The notes beneath the pieces were generated by a model. The model saw nothing but the letters and a program-made list of their open reading frames with translations. It was not told the origin of the DNA and ran no database searches. Below, piece after piece: positions 26,347 through 34,561 of a stretch of 64,000 nt of DNA; the stretch's first letter is position 1, and each line of letters opens with the position of its first letter. Where the stretch lies: assembly GCF_000006765.1 (NCBI RefSeq), contig NC_002516.2; one strand, written 5' to 3'. Origin of the DNA: Pseudomonas aeruginosa PAO1 (GTDB lineage Bacteria; Pseudomonadota; Gammaproteobacteria; Pseudomonadales; Pseudomonadaceae). Position numbers and translations under genes: made by a program.

Positions 26347-26979
26347 ATGCTGGTCTGCGCAGCATTCAGCGGAGGCGCCGGCGCGAGCGACGCCGGAGCA
26401 TTGCTCGAAGCCGCGCGTCGCGGCGATACCGCGCAGGTCGCCAGCCTGCTCGAACGCAAGGTCGAGGTCGACGCGCCCAGCGCCGACGGTAGCACCCCGC
26501 TGCTGCTGGCCACCGCCAACGACCACCTGGCGGTGGCGCGCCAGTTGATCGAGGCCGGCGCCGACGTCAACCGGCAGAACAGCCGGCTCGACAGCCCGTA
26601 TCTGCTGGCCGGCGCCGAGGGCCGCCTGGAAATCCTGCGCCTGACCCTGCTCCACGGCGCCGACCTGAAGAGTACCAACCGCTATGGCGGCACCGCGCTG
26701 ATCCCGGCCTGCGAACGCGGCCATGTGGAAGTGGTGAAGACGCTGCTGCAAGCCGGGGTCGATCCCAACCATGTCAACAAGCTCGGCTGGACCGGGCTGC
26801 TCGAGGCGATCCTGCTGAGTGACGGCGGTCCGCGCCACCAGGAGATCGTGCGCCTGCTGATCGACGCCGGCGCCGACGTCAACCTGGCCGATGCCGACGG
26901 CGTCAGCCCGCTGGCCCACGCCCGCCAGCGCGGCCAGGGCGGGATCGAGCGGCTGCTGCTGGCCGCCGGCGCCCAATGA
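26347..26979 (+). CDS. Ankyrin-repeat protein (YahD-like); PA2498; alternative start at 26314
   Basis: Repeats GSTPLLLA, DSPYLLAGAEG, GGTALIPACERGH, GWTGLLEA, GVSPLAHA; GGAG RBS before 26347. Confidence 0.88.
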   Translation: MLVCAAFSGGAGASDAGALLEAARRGDTAQVASLLERKVEVDAPSADGSTPLLLATANDHLAVARQLIEAGADVNRQNSRLDSPYLLAGAEGRLEILRLTLLHGADLKSTNRYGGTALIPACERGHVEVVKTLLQAGVDPNHVNKLGWTGLLEAILLSDGGPRHQEIVRLLIDAGADVNLADADGVSPLAHARQRGQGGIERLLLAAGAQ

Positions 26980-26996
26980 AAGCGAAGGAGAAAGAC

Positions 26997-27452
26997 ATGT
27001 CCGATGAAACCTTCATGCGCGAGGCCATCGCCCTCGCCCGCGCCAACGTCGAGGCCGGCGGCCGCCCGTTCGGCGCCGTGCTGGTGCGCGACGGGCGGGT
27101 CCTGGCCCGCGGCGTCAACCAGATCCACGAGACCCACGATCCCAGCGCCCACGCCGAACTGCAGGCGATCCGCCAGGCCAGTCAGGCGCTCGGCAGCCCG
27201 CGTCTGGACGGTTGTGTGATCTACGCCAGCGGCCATCCCTGCCCGATGTGTCTGGCCGCCATGCATCTCTGCGGCATCCAGGCGGCCTGGTTCGCCTATT
27301 CCAACGAGGACGGCGAAGCGTTCGGCCTGTCCACGGCCACGCTCTACGCCGAGATGGCGCGCCCGCCACAGCGGCAGAGCCTGCCGCTACGCGCCCTGCG
27401 TCCTGCCGGCGAAGAGGGTCTGTACCGGCAATGGCGGCAACGCCAGGCATGA
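26997..27452 (+). CDS. CDA-superfamily nucleoside/guanine deaminase; PA2499
   Basis: PFGAVLV, HDPSAHAE and HPCPMC zinc motifs; AAGGAG RBS. Confidence 0.88.
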   Translation: MSDETFMREAIALARANVEAGGRPFGAVLVRDGRVLARGVNQIHETHDPSAHAELQAIRQASQALGSPRLDGCVIYASGHPCPMCLAAMHLCGIQAAWFAYSNEDGEAFGLSTATLYAEMARPPQRQSLPLRALRPAGEEGLYRQWRQRQA

Positions 27453-28675
27453 GCGCGCGAATCCCTTCCGGCGGCCAGGCCGCCACCGGCGTCGGCGCGG
27501 CGGAGGTCAGTTGGGTCGGCCTGCTGGTGATCTTCTGCCTCGGCATCAACCTGCGACCGATCCTCACCGGCATCGGCCCGCTGCTCGAGGAAATCACCGC
27601 CGGCACCGGTCTCGGCTTCCAGGGCGCGTCGCTGCTGACGGTGTTGCCGGTGCTCTGCATGGGCCTGGTGGCGCTGTTGCTGCCCTGGCTCGGGCGCTGG
27701 CTGGCCGAGCACCGCGGCATCGTCTGCGGACTGCTGGCCATCGCCGCAGCCTGCCTCTGGCGCCTGGAACTGGATAGCGGGCTGGCGCTGATCGCCAGCG
27801 CCGCGCTGGCCGGCAGCGGCGTGGCGATCATCCAGGCGCTGGTACCGGGCGTGGTCAAGCGCTGGTTCCCGAGGCGGGTCCCGGCGGCGATGGGCCTCTA
27901 CTCGGCCTCGCTGATGGCCGGCGGCGGAACCGCGGCGGTGCTCAGCCCGCGGATCGCCGAACACTTCTCCAACTGGCAGGCCGGCCTCGGCGCCTGGGCC
28001 GTACCGGCCCTGCTGGCGCTGCTGCTGTGGATGTTCGCGCGGCCAAGGGAGGTGCTGCCGAGCGCTGGCGAGGGGCCGGTCCGGCACTTCTTCGGCAATC
28101 GCCGTGGCTGGCTGCTGGCGGTGTATTTCGGGCTGATCAACGGCGGCTACACCAGCATGGTGGCCTGGTTGCCGGTGTACTACCGCCAGCTCGGCTGGAG
28201 CGCCCAGGACAGCGGCGGGCTGGTCGGGATCATGACCATCTTCCAGGTGCTCGCCGCGCTCAGCGTGCCGCTGCTGATTCGCCGCCGCCTCGACCGCCGG
28301 CCCTGGCTGCTGGCCGCGCTGCTGGTCCAGCTCGGCGGCTTCTGCGGCCTGCTGCTGATGCCGCTACAGCACGCGGCACTGTGGGTGGCGTTGATCGGCT
28401 ACGGCCTGGGCGCCTGCTTCGCCCTCAGCCTGACCCTGACCCTCGACCACCTCCACGAGCCGCGTGCGGCGGGAAGCCTGGCGGCCTTCGTGCAAGGCAT
28501 CGGCTTCATCATCACCGGCATCGTGCCCTACCTGACCGGCTGGCTGCGCGACGCCACCGGCAGCTTCCAGGCCTCCTGGCTGCTGCTCGCGGCGAGCGTG
28601 GTGGCGATGTTGCTGGTGACCCTGCGCTTCGCCCCGTCCGGCTATGCCCGGGCCATGGGCGAGACGCGCGACTGA
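27449..28675 (+). CDS. CynX/YeaN-family MFS transporter; PA2500
   Basis: GINLRP, LLTVLPVLCMG, ~12 TMs, FVQGIGF; ATGA overlap with the deaminase. Confidence 0.88.
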   Translation: MSARIPSGGQAATGVGAAEVSWVGLLVIFCLGINLRPILTGIGPLLEEITAGTGLGFQGASLLTVLPVLCMGLVALLLPWLGRWLAEHRGIVCGLLAIAAACLWRLELDSGLALIASAALAGSGVAIIQALVPGVVKRWFPRRVPAAMGLYSASLMAGGGTAAVLSPRIAEHFSNWQAGLGAWAVPALLALLLWMFARPREVLPSAGEGPVRHFFGNRRGWLLAVYFGLINGGYTSMVAWLPVYYRQLGWSAQDSGGLVGIMTIFQVLAALSVPLLIRRRLDRRPWLLAALLVQLGGFCGLLLMPLQHAALWVALIGYGLGACFALSLTLTLDHLHEPRAAGSLAAFVQGIGFIITGIVPYLTGWLRDATGSFQASWLLLAASVVAMLLVTLRFAPSGYARAMGETRD

Positions 28676-28718
28676 GCGGCGGACCTCCGCGCCCGCCATT
28701 GCAGGCGCGGGTGGCGCT

Positions 28719-28886
28719 TCAGTAATGGGTGGCGATATAGATGCGGTAGCTGATGATGGCCAGCATGCAGATCACCCCGACCCACATGAGGAACAGGCCG
28801 AACGGCGTGTCGCGCTTGGTGAAACCCGTGCCGATGAAGAGCATGCCCAGCACGATGATTGCGAAAGTGACGCCGTAGGAATCCAT
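28719..28886 (-). CDS. 55-aa two-helix membrane microprotein; PA2501
   Basis: MDSYGVTFAIIVLGMLFIGTGF-TKRDTP-FGLFLMWVGVICMLAIISY; GAGG RBS; GC-rich third codon positions. Confidence 0.8.
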   Translation of the reverse strand: MDSYGVTFAIIVLGMLFIGTGFTKRDTPFGLFLMWVGVICMLAIISYRIYIATHY

Positions 28887-28923
28887 GTTTACCCTCGTTG
28901 GCCGCGTTCCTGACATACTTGTC

Positions 28924-28966
28924 AGTCTAGCTCCAAGCCCGCTAGAACTACGTTGATATTTATCAG
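28924..28966 (-). promoter_or_regulatory. Anr/Dnr (FNR) box and -10 driving PA2501
   Basis: TTGAT-ATTT-ATCAG (28953-28966), one mismatch from TTGAT-N4-ATCAA; TAGACT -10 at 28929-28924 gives class II (-41.5) geometry. Confidence 0.75.
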
Positions 28967-28989
28967 CCTGCGGTCAATTTCGGACAAAT

Positions 28990-30330
28990 TCATCGAACTT
29001 GAGGAAACGCCTGGCTGCGAGCGGCAAGGTCGCGCAAGATCGCCTGGATCTCGCCGAAGTCCGGCCGCTCGCTCACCCGTGGCAGCGCGCAACGTCGCTG
29101 CAACTCGACCAGCGCCGCACTTAGCGAGGCCTGCCCCGGCGGCGCCTCGCTGCGCTCGAGCAACTCTTCCAGCAGGCAGGCGAAGGCACGTACTTCCAGG
29201 CGCCGCAGGGCGCCGGCGAGCACGGCGTCGTCCGGGAGAAAGGACGCGGCGCCGAAATCGCCCAGCAGGCAGGCGCCATCCTCGCGCCAGAGGATGTTAT
29301 GCGCATAGAAGTCGCCATGGCTGATGCCGCGTCCATGCAGATGGGCCATCAACGCGGCGAGCGAGGCCGCCAGGCGCAGCGCCGTGGCCAGCTCGAAGCG
29401 CAGTCCCGGCGGATAGACGTCGCGGGTACAGGACTCCAGGCTCGGCGGCCCCGCCAGGTTGCGATAGGCGTCGTCGAGCAGCTCCAGCACCAGCCCGTCG
29501 CGCCCTTGCGGATGCCCGGCGAGCTGGCCGAGCACCTCGATCAATTGCGCATGGCGCCCCGCCGCCAGGCAGGCGGCCATCTCGCTGGCGGGGGTGCCAT
29601 CGCTGGTCACTTCGCCCTTGAACAGCTTCAGCGCCACCGTGCGCGTCGAACCGTCCGGCTGGTGCCAGCCGGCGCGATGGATGACCCCGGAGGCTCCTTC
29701 GCCGATCAAACCGTCCAGGCTCAGCTCGCTCCAGTCCAGCGCAGCGATGCCGCTGTCGGCCAGCGCCGGCAGACGGCACAACGGGTTGCCGGCGTAGGCC
29801 AGCCAGGCCAGGCGCGGCAGCGTCGCCAGCCAGGCCGGCAGGCGCTGGAAACGGTTGGCGGCGATCCGCAGCAGTTCCAGGCCTTCGCAAGCGGCCATGC
29901 TCTCGGGCAAGGCCTCCAGGCGGTTGCCGGCCAGCATCAGCTTCTGCAACGGCCGGCGACCCAGTTCCTCGGGCAGCGTGGCAATCCGGTTGTCGGTGAG
30001 GATCAGCCAGCGCAGCGCTGGCGGCAGGGCCGCGGCCGGCACCCGCTCGATGCGGTTGGACTTGAAGCCGACCATGCTCAGCGCCGGACAGTCGCCCACC
30101 GCCGCCGGCAATTCGTCGAAGTCGTTGGCGGAACAGAACAGCACCTTGAGACGATGCAGCCGCCCGAGGTCGTCCGGCAGGCTGTCCAGGGCGTTGCCGC
30201 TGAGGTTGAGCACCTCCAGGGAGTCGGCCAGCTCGAAGATTTCCCGGGGGAACTCGCGCAGGCCGCAGGACAGGTCCAGGCGCGTGGCGCCGGCCAGTTC
30301 GCCGCTGCGCAGTTGCTGCAAGGTGTGCAT
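28990..30330 (-). CDS. Leucine-rich-repeat protein kinase-like protein; PA2502
   Basis: About 7 LxxLxLxxNxLxxLP repeats, then IGEGASGVI, VALKLFK, HGDFYAHNIL and LGDFGAA kinase motifs; start chosen at MHTLQQL. Confidence 0.85.
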   Translation of the reverse strand: MHTLQQLRSGELAGATRLDLSCGLREFPREIFELADSLEVLNLSGNALDSLPDDLGRLHRLKVLFCSANDFDELPAAVGDCPALSMVGFKSNRIERVPAAALPPALRWLILTDNRIATLPEELGRRPLQKLMLAGNRLEALPESMAACEGLELLRIAANRFQRLPAWLATLPRLAWLAYAGNPLCRLPALADSGIAALDWSELSLDGLIGEGASGVIHRAGWHQPDGSTRTVALKLFKGEVTSDGTPASEMAACLAAGRHAQLIEVLGQLAGHPQGRDGLVLELLDDAYRNLAGPPSLESCTRDVYPPGLRFELATALRLAASLAALMAHLHGRGISHGDFYAHNILWREDGACLLGDFGAASFLPDDAVLAGALRRLEVRAFACLLEELLERSEAPPGQASLSAALVELQRRCALPRVSERPDFGEIQAILRDLAARSQAFPQVR

Positions 30331-30447
30331 GGTTCGACGGACTCCGGCCAGGGCGGATGGAAAGCCGCGCATGATAGCCAAGGCGTTGCGGAACGCGCAC
30401 CCTCGCCGTGCTAGAGTGGCCGCCCCGAATCGACAGGACCACAGAGA

Positions 30448-31701
30448 ATGGAACTCTCCCCCGCCGAACGCCAACTCCTGCTGGCCCATCGCCTAGCCGT
30501 GTTCGACGGCTGCGTGGTGTACGACGCCCAACCGCCGGTGTCCGCCGAACACGTCCAGCGTCTTGCCGAAGGCCTGGCCGGACCGATTCCAGAAGACCTG
30601 CTACGCCTCTGGCGCACCTGTTTCGGCGGGCGCCTCGGCTATGACCTGGAAGTCGACTACGACGGCCACCGCCACCCGTTCTCTTTCAGCGAACTGTTCT
30701 ATCCGGACAGCGACGGCTACCACGACCTCTGGGGCTGGATCGAACACGAGCGCGAGCTGGCGGCGGAAGCCGCGGCAGAAGAAGGCCGCGACTGGAACGG
30801 CAAGCTGGCCTACCTGCCGTTCGGTGGCTTCGAGTACCTGGAGCGGCTCTACGTCTGCGTCGAACCCGGCCCCGAGCATGGCGCGGTAATCGCCTGGAGC
30901 CACGGCCTGCCGCCGGCCTGGGCCGGACGCCTGCACCAGGATTCGGTGACGCGCCTGGCCGACGATGTCGGCGGGCTGTTCCGCCTGTTGTCCTTCGAAC
31001 AGGATCCGTTCGATGCCGAGAACGCCTGCGGCGTGGCCGACGAGCTACTGGAAGCGCTGGACGCCCTGGAGGCCGCCGGGGAGCCCGGCAAGGCGCTGAA
31101 GGGCCGCCTGGAAGTCCTGCTGCGCCAGCGCATCCTCGACTGGCGGCCGGCCCTCGCCGACGGCAGCCTGGCCGCCGAGCCAAGGCTGCGTCAACTGGCC
31201 CTGGCCGAAGCTGCGCAAGACGGCGACATCGACCTGCTGCAACGCCTGCGCGATGCCGGCTGCGACTTCGCCGAAACCTTGCGCGGACGCGGCGGTGTGC
31301 TGGAGGCCTGCCTCGCCCGCGGGCGCCTGGAGGCCGCCAGATGGCTGCTCGACCAGGGCGTCGCGGTGCACCAGGACAGCCTGCAGATTGGCGCCGCGCA
31401 CCTCGATGCGGTCCTGGCCGAACGCCTGTTGCGGCTCGGCGCGATCTCCGACCCGAATACGGTGCTCCTCGCCCTGCAATACGGCGACGCCGACGCCGCG
31501 CGGATCATGGCGCGACCGCTGCTGGAGGAGTCGCCGGCGAGGGCCAACGCCCTGCGTCTGGCCCTCGCCAGCCGCGCCGAGCGCGAGCGCAGCGACGCCA
31601 GGCGGGTCAGGTCGGGAAAGATGGGCAGCAACCGCAGTCCCGACGACTACCTGGCCCTGGCCGAGCGCCTGGAGCGCTTCCTCGCCGAGCTGCCAGGCTG
31701 A
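30448..31701 (+). CDS. SMI1/KNR4 (SUKH)-like domain plus ankyrin-like repeats; PA2503
   Basis: N-terminal PVSAEHVQRLAEGLAGPIPEDLLRLW..FGG and LPFGG..LYV..GAVIAW resemble SUKH; C-terminal AAQDGDIDLLQRLRDAG and ARGRLEAARWLLDQGV are ankyrin-like. Domain calls by eye. Confidence 0.7.
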   Translation: MELSPAERQLLLAHRLAVFDGCVVYDAQPPVSAEHVQRLAEGLAGPIPEDLLRLWRTCFGGRLGYDLEVDYDGHRHPFSFSELFYPDSDGYHDLWGWIEHERELAAEAAAEEGRDWNGKLAYLPFGGFEYLERLYVCVEPGPEHGAVIAWSHGLPPAWAGRLHQDSVTRLADDVGGLFRLLSFEQDPFDAENACGVADELLEALDALEAAGEPGKALKGRLEVLLRQRILDWRPALADGSLAAEPRLRQLALAEAAQDGDIDLLQRLRDAGCDFAETLRGRGGVLEACLARGRLEAARWLLDQGVAVHQDSLQIGAAHLDAVLAERLLRLGAISDPNTVLLALQYGDADAARIMARPLLEESPARANALRLALASRAERERSDARRVRSGKMGSNRSPDDYLALAERLERFLAELPG

Positions 31702-31704
31702 GGC

Positions 31705-32322
31705 TCAACCCTCCGGTCCCTGCACCTCGATGAAGGAACCGTCGGCCAGCCGCTCGAACGCCCGTCCCGGCGGCGCGTCGAGCAGCGGCAGGATGCTGTC
31801 GTCGGCGTTCAGCACCGAGCCCAGGCTGACGTAGGCGGTGGTCCCGGCGGTATTCATGTAGTCGTCCGACTCGTCGCCGGCCATCAGTCGCCAGCCGCTG
31901 TCGTTTTCCTCTTCCGGCGCCTCGCGGTAGAGGTAGCCGACCGCCTTCCCCTCGTCTATCACCCGGCGCGTCACGAAGCAGCGCCGGGCATAGCGCGAGA
32001 TCGGCGTTTCCCGCGGGTCGTGCTCGGTGTTGATGATGTGCCGCGCCTCGAAGACGATGCGCTCGCCCAGCGACAGGTCGCGGATGTATTGCGGATAGTT
32101 GTCCAGGCGGCCGCTGAAGGCGCCATCCGCCTCGATGCCCTCGACCGTCACCCAGAGCCGCTCGGCGCGCGGCGCATCGGGGTTGTCGGTATCGAAGGCG
32201 AAGATCAGCTTGACGCTTTCCCCGGCGGCGACCCGGTCGATGGTCTCCGCGTCCGGTTTGTAGAAGGTGTAGGGATGGCGGACAGCGATCGCACTGGCGT
32301 CCACCAAGGTCCACGAGGCCAT
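31705..32322 (-). CDS. Two-domain protein with C-terminal DUF2185/Imm33-like domain; PA2504
   Basis: CFVTRRVI..GYLYREAPEEENDSGWRLMAGDESDDYM..LLDAPPG is typical of DUF2185; N-domain VKLIF..ERLWVTV..FSGRLDN; GGGAG RBS. Confidence 0.75.
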   Translation of the reverse strand: MASWTLVDASAIAVRHPYTFYKPDAETIDRVAAGESVKLIFAFDTDNPDAPRAERLWVTVEGIEADGAFSGRLDNYPQYIRDLSLGERIVFEARHIINTEHDPRETPISRYARRCFVTRRVIDEGKAVGYLYREAPEEENDSGWRLMAGDESDDYMNTAGTTAYVSLGSVLNADDSILPLLDAPPGRAFERLADGSFIEVQGPEG

Positions 32323-32573
32323 GTCGACTCCCGCTTGGCTGGCTACGCGGCGCCCGTAGCCTGGGCTGCCACGGGCACGCCGGTGCCCGGGCGGCATGGG
32401 TGGAATGGCGTGGCCGAGGTTCGGGTCGCGGCGCCCACCGGCAGGTCGAAGCCATGCCCGGCCAGGAACCGCCCTTCGGCCCGCCTACCCAGAGGAAAGT
32501 AGCAGCGCCGCCGCGCAGCCGCCAGCAACGGGCTGTCGCAGAGCGCCGCCCCGGACGGGGCGGCGGCGCGCCT

Positions 32574-33920
32574 TCAGAGGACTTGCAGCGGGTATTCGAC
32601 GATCAGGCGGACTTCGTCGAGGTCCGACTCGAAGCTATCGGAGCGCACGGTGGCCTGGCGCACGCGGAACGCCAGGTCCTTGGCCGCGCCACCCTGCACC
32701 ACGTACTTGACCTCCACGTCGCGTTCCCAGCGGCCCTGGTTGGTCAGCGGGTTGCCGTTGGCGTCGGTGCGCATGTAGACGCTGTTGGCATTCGAATAAT
32801 CGGCGTCCCAGCCCTTGCCATAGCGGGTCATGAAGCTCAGCCCCGGCACGCCGAAGGCGGCCATGTCGAGGTCGTAGCGGAGCATCAGCGAGCGTTCCTT
32901 GGGCGAGTTGAAGTCGCTGTACTGGATCGAGTTGTCCAGGTAGATGGAGTCGGTCTGGCGCAGGTAGTCGAAGTCGTCGTCGCCGTTGTTGCGCTGGTAC
33001 GACAGCAGCACCTGGTGCGGACCGTAGGCGAAGCCGCCGCGCACGCTCCAGATGTCGTTGTCGAGTTCGCCCATCACCTGCCTGCCCTGGTCCTTGACCT
33101 TGTAGTAGTTGGCGCCGCCGAGCAGGGACAGCTTGTCGTCCAGCGGATAGTTGAAGCTGGTGCCGGCGTAGTACTGGTCCCAGGCGTCCTTCTGGCGGCT
33201 GCCGTAGAGGCTGACGCTCCAGTGCTCGGTGGCCTGGTAGTCGCCGCCGGCGTAGGCGACCCACGGCGAGTCGATGCGCCGGCCGGTGTAGAAGCTGTAG
33301 AAGTCGTCGCTGCCGCTGGTGCTGTTCGGCTGGGTCATCGAGTTCAGCTTGCCGGCCTGCAGGGTCAGGCCCTTCGCCAGGCTGTCGTTGACCAGGGTGA
33401 AGCCACGGAAGCTGGAGGGGAACAGCCGGCTGTTGCCGTACTGGATCACCGGGGTTTCCGGGAACACGTCGCCGACCCGCAGCACGGTGCCGTACCAGCG
33501 CAGCTTGACCGCGCCGCCGGCTCGCGAATAGTCGTCCTGCGGCCGCCCCTGGTCGTCATAGGGCAGCAGGTCGACGCTACCGCCGGCGCCGGAACGCCCG
33601 CCGCCGCTGTCCAGGCGCACGCCGAGCTGGGCGAAGGCGTCGATGCCGACGCCCAGCGTGCCCTGGGTGAAGCCCGAGGAAAAGTTGGCCATGAAGCCCT
33701 GCACCCACTCCTCGGTGTAGCCGCCGCCCGCCGGGCTCGATTGGCCCTTGCGGAAGTCGCGGTTGAAGTAGAAGTTGCGCAGCAGCAGGTTGACCTCGCT
33801 GCCCTCGATGAAACCTTCCTTGCTCCGCTCGGCGTTCTCCTCGGCGACGGCCGAGGCCATCAGTCCGGCGCCCAGCAGCAGTGGAAGCGTCCACAGTCGT
33901 TTCTTTCCATCCCCTTGCAT
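32574..33920 (-). CDS. opdT: OprD-family porin OpdT (OccD4); PA2505
   Basis: GFIEGS, RNFYFNRDF, FSSGFTQGTLGVG, SRLFPSSFRG, ERDVEVKYVVQ OprD motifs; GGAG RBS before ATG 33920 (ATG 33944 possible). Confidence 0.92.
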   Translation of the reverse strand: MQGDGKKRLWTLPLLLGAGLMASAVAEENAERSKEGFIEGSEVNLLLRNFYFNRDFRKGQSSPAGGGYTEEWVQGFMANFSSGFTQGTLGVGIDAFAQLGVRLDSGGGRSGAGGSVDLLPYDDQGRPQDDYSRAGGAVKLRWYGTVLRVGDVFPETPVIQYGNSRLFPSSFRGFTLVNDSLAKGLTLQAGKLNSMTQPNSTSGSDDFYSFYTGRRIDSPWVAYAGGDYQATEHWSVSLYGSRQKDAWDQYYAGTSFNYPLDDKLSLLGGANYYKVKDQGRQVMGELDNDIWSVRGGFAYGPHQVLLSYQRNNGDDDFDYLRQTDSIYLDNSIQYSDFNSPKERSLMLRYDLDMAAFGVPGLSFMTRYGKGWDADYSNANSVYMRTDANGNPLTNQGRWERDVEVKYVVQGGAAKDLAFRVRQATVRSDSFESDLDEVRLIVEYPLQVL

Positions 33921-34091
33921 GGCGATTGCTCCAGATCGGTTCATGTCTGTTTTTCTTCTGCGGCCATGCCTTGCGGCGCTGGCTGTGCGTGAACTTCTGG
34001 TCGATCGCGCCCCCGCGCAGTCCTGCCGCAACCGGCATTGACCGTGGGGCTGATTCTGGAACCGGGGAAATGACGCAGACATGAGGCGGGG

Positions 34092-34107
34092 ATTACTTTT
34101 CCGCAAT
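34092..34107. promoter_or_regulatory. CzcR-like box in the opdT/PA2506 intergenic region
   Basis: ATTAC-TTTTCC-GCAAT, one mismatch from ATTAC-N6-GTAAT found perfect at 53470. Confidence 0.55.
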
Positions 34108-34143
34108 CTTAACTCGCACTTAATGCGCTTCGCGCAGACTCCT
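34108..34143 (+). promoter_or_regulatory. DsbR/QseB-type box and -10 oriented toward PA2506
   Basis: CTTAA-N6-CTTAA (34108-34123), N11, CAGACTCCT (34135-34143), same layout as 7676-7710. Confidence 0.55.
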
Positions 34144-34282
34144 CCGCCATGCAACGGAGCATCGCCGAAGTTATCGGAAACGTAATTTTCCACTCACCCT
34201 CGGGTAATCCGCCCGCTCTTACTCTTTGCTCAAACGGGACGAATACCTCGCCCCGGCGACGAGCCAACCCGAGAGGTTTGCC

Positions 34283-34501
34283 ATGAAGATCATCCCGATG
34301 CTGCTGGCCGCCCTGCTGGCGACCGGCGCCGCCACTGCCCAGGCCCAGGACGGCAGCGAACGCTCCTGGCAGTACAACGCCGAATTCCGCGCCGCGCAGA
34401 AAGAACTGCGCGAAAAGCGCCTGCAGAAGCAACAACTGGAAGCGCAAGCGCAGAAGACCGACCGCAGCAAATGCGCCGAGCGCAAGAACGGCAACGGCTG
34501 A
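34283..34501 (+). CDS. 72-aa exported protein; PA2506
   Basis: GAGG RBS; Sec signal MKIIPMLLAALLATGAATAQA; charged helical mature part with a single Cys. Confidence 0.8.
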   Translation: MKIIPMLLAALLATGAATAQAQDGSERSWQYNAEFRAAQKELREKRLQKQQLEAQAQKTDRSKCAERKNGNG

Positions 34502-34561
34502 GCAGCCTTTCACCGAGCAATACACTTGTCCTTTTTGGGTTGCTCCTTTGGACAAGTCCTG

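Noticed and set aside
30420-30447. RsmA/GGA site upstream of the SUKH-ankyrin gene
   Set aside because: The single GGA (CAGGACC) does not match ANGGA in a hairpin loop and doubles as the RBS.
32544-32565. 9-bp GC hairpin just after the opdT stop
   Set aside because: No U-tract on either strand, so not called a terminator; may only stabilise the mRNA.
34524-34557. ACTTGTCC...GGACAAGT hairpin in the PA2506 3' region as a possible sRNA
   Set aside because: Only an 8-bp stem, with no separate promoter or homology evidence; could be ordinary 3' UTR structure.
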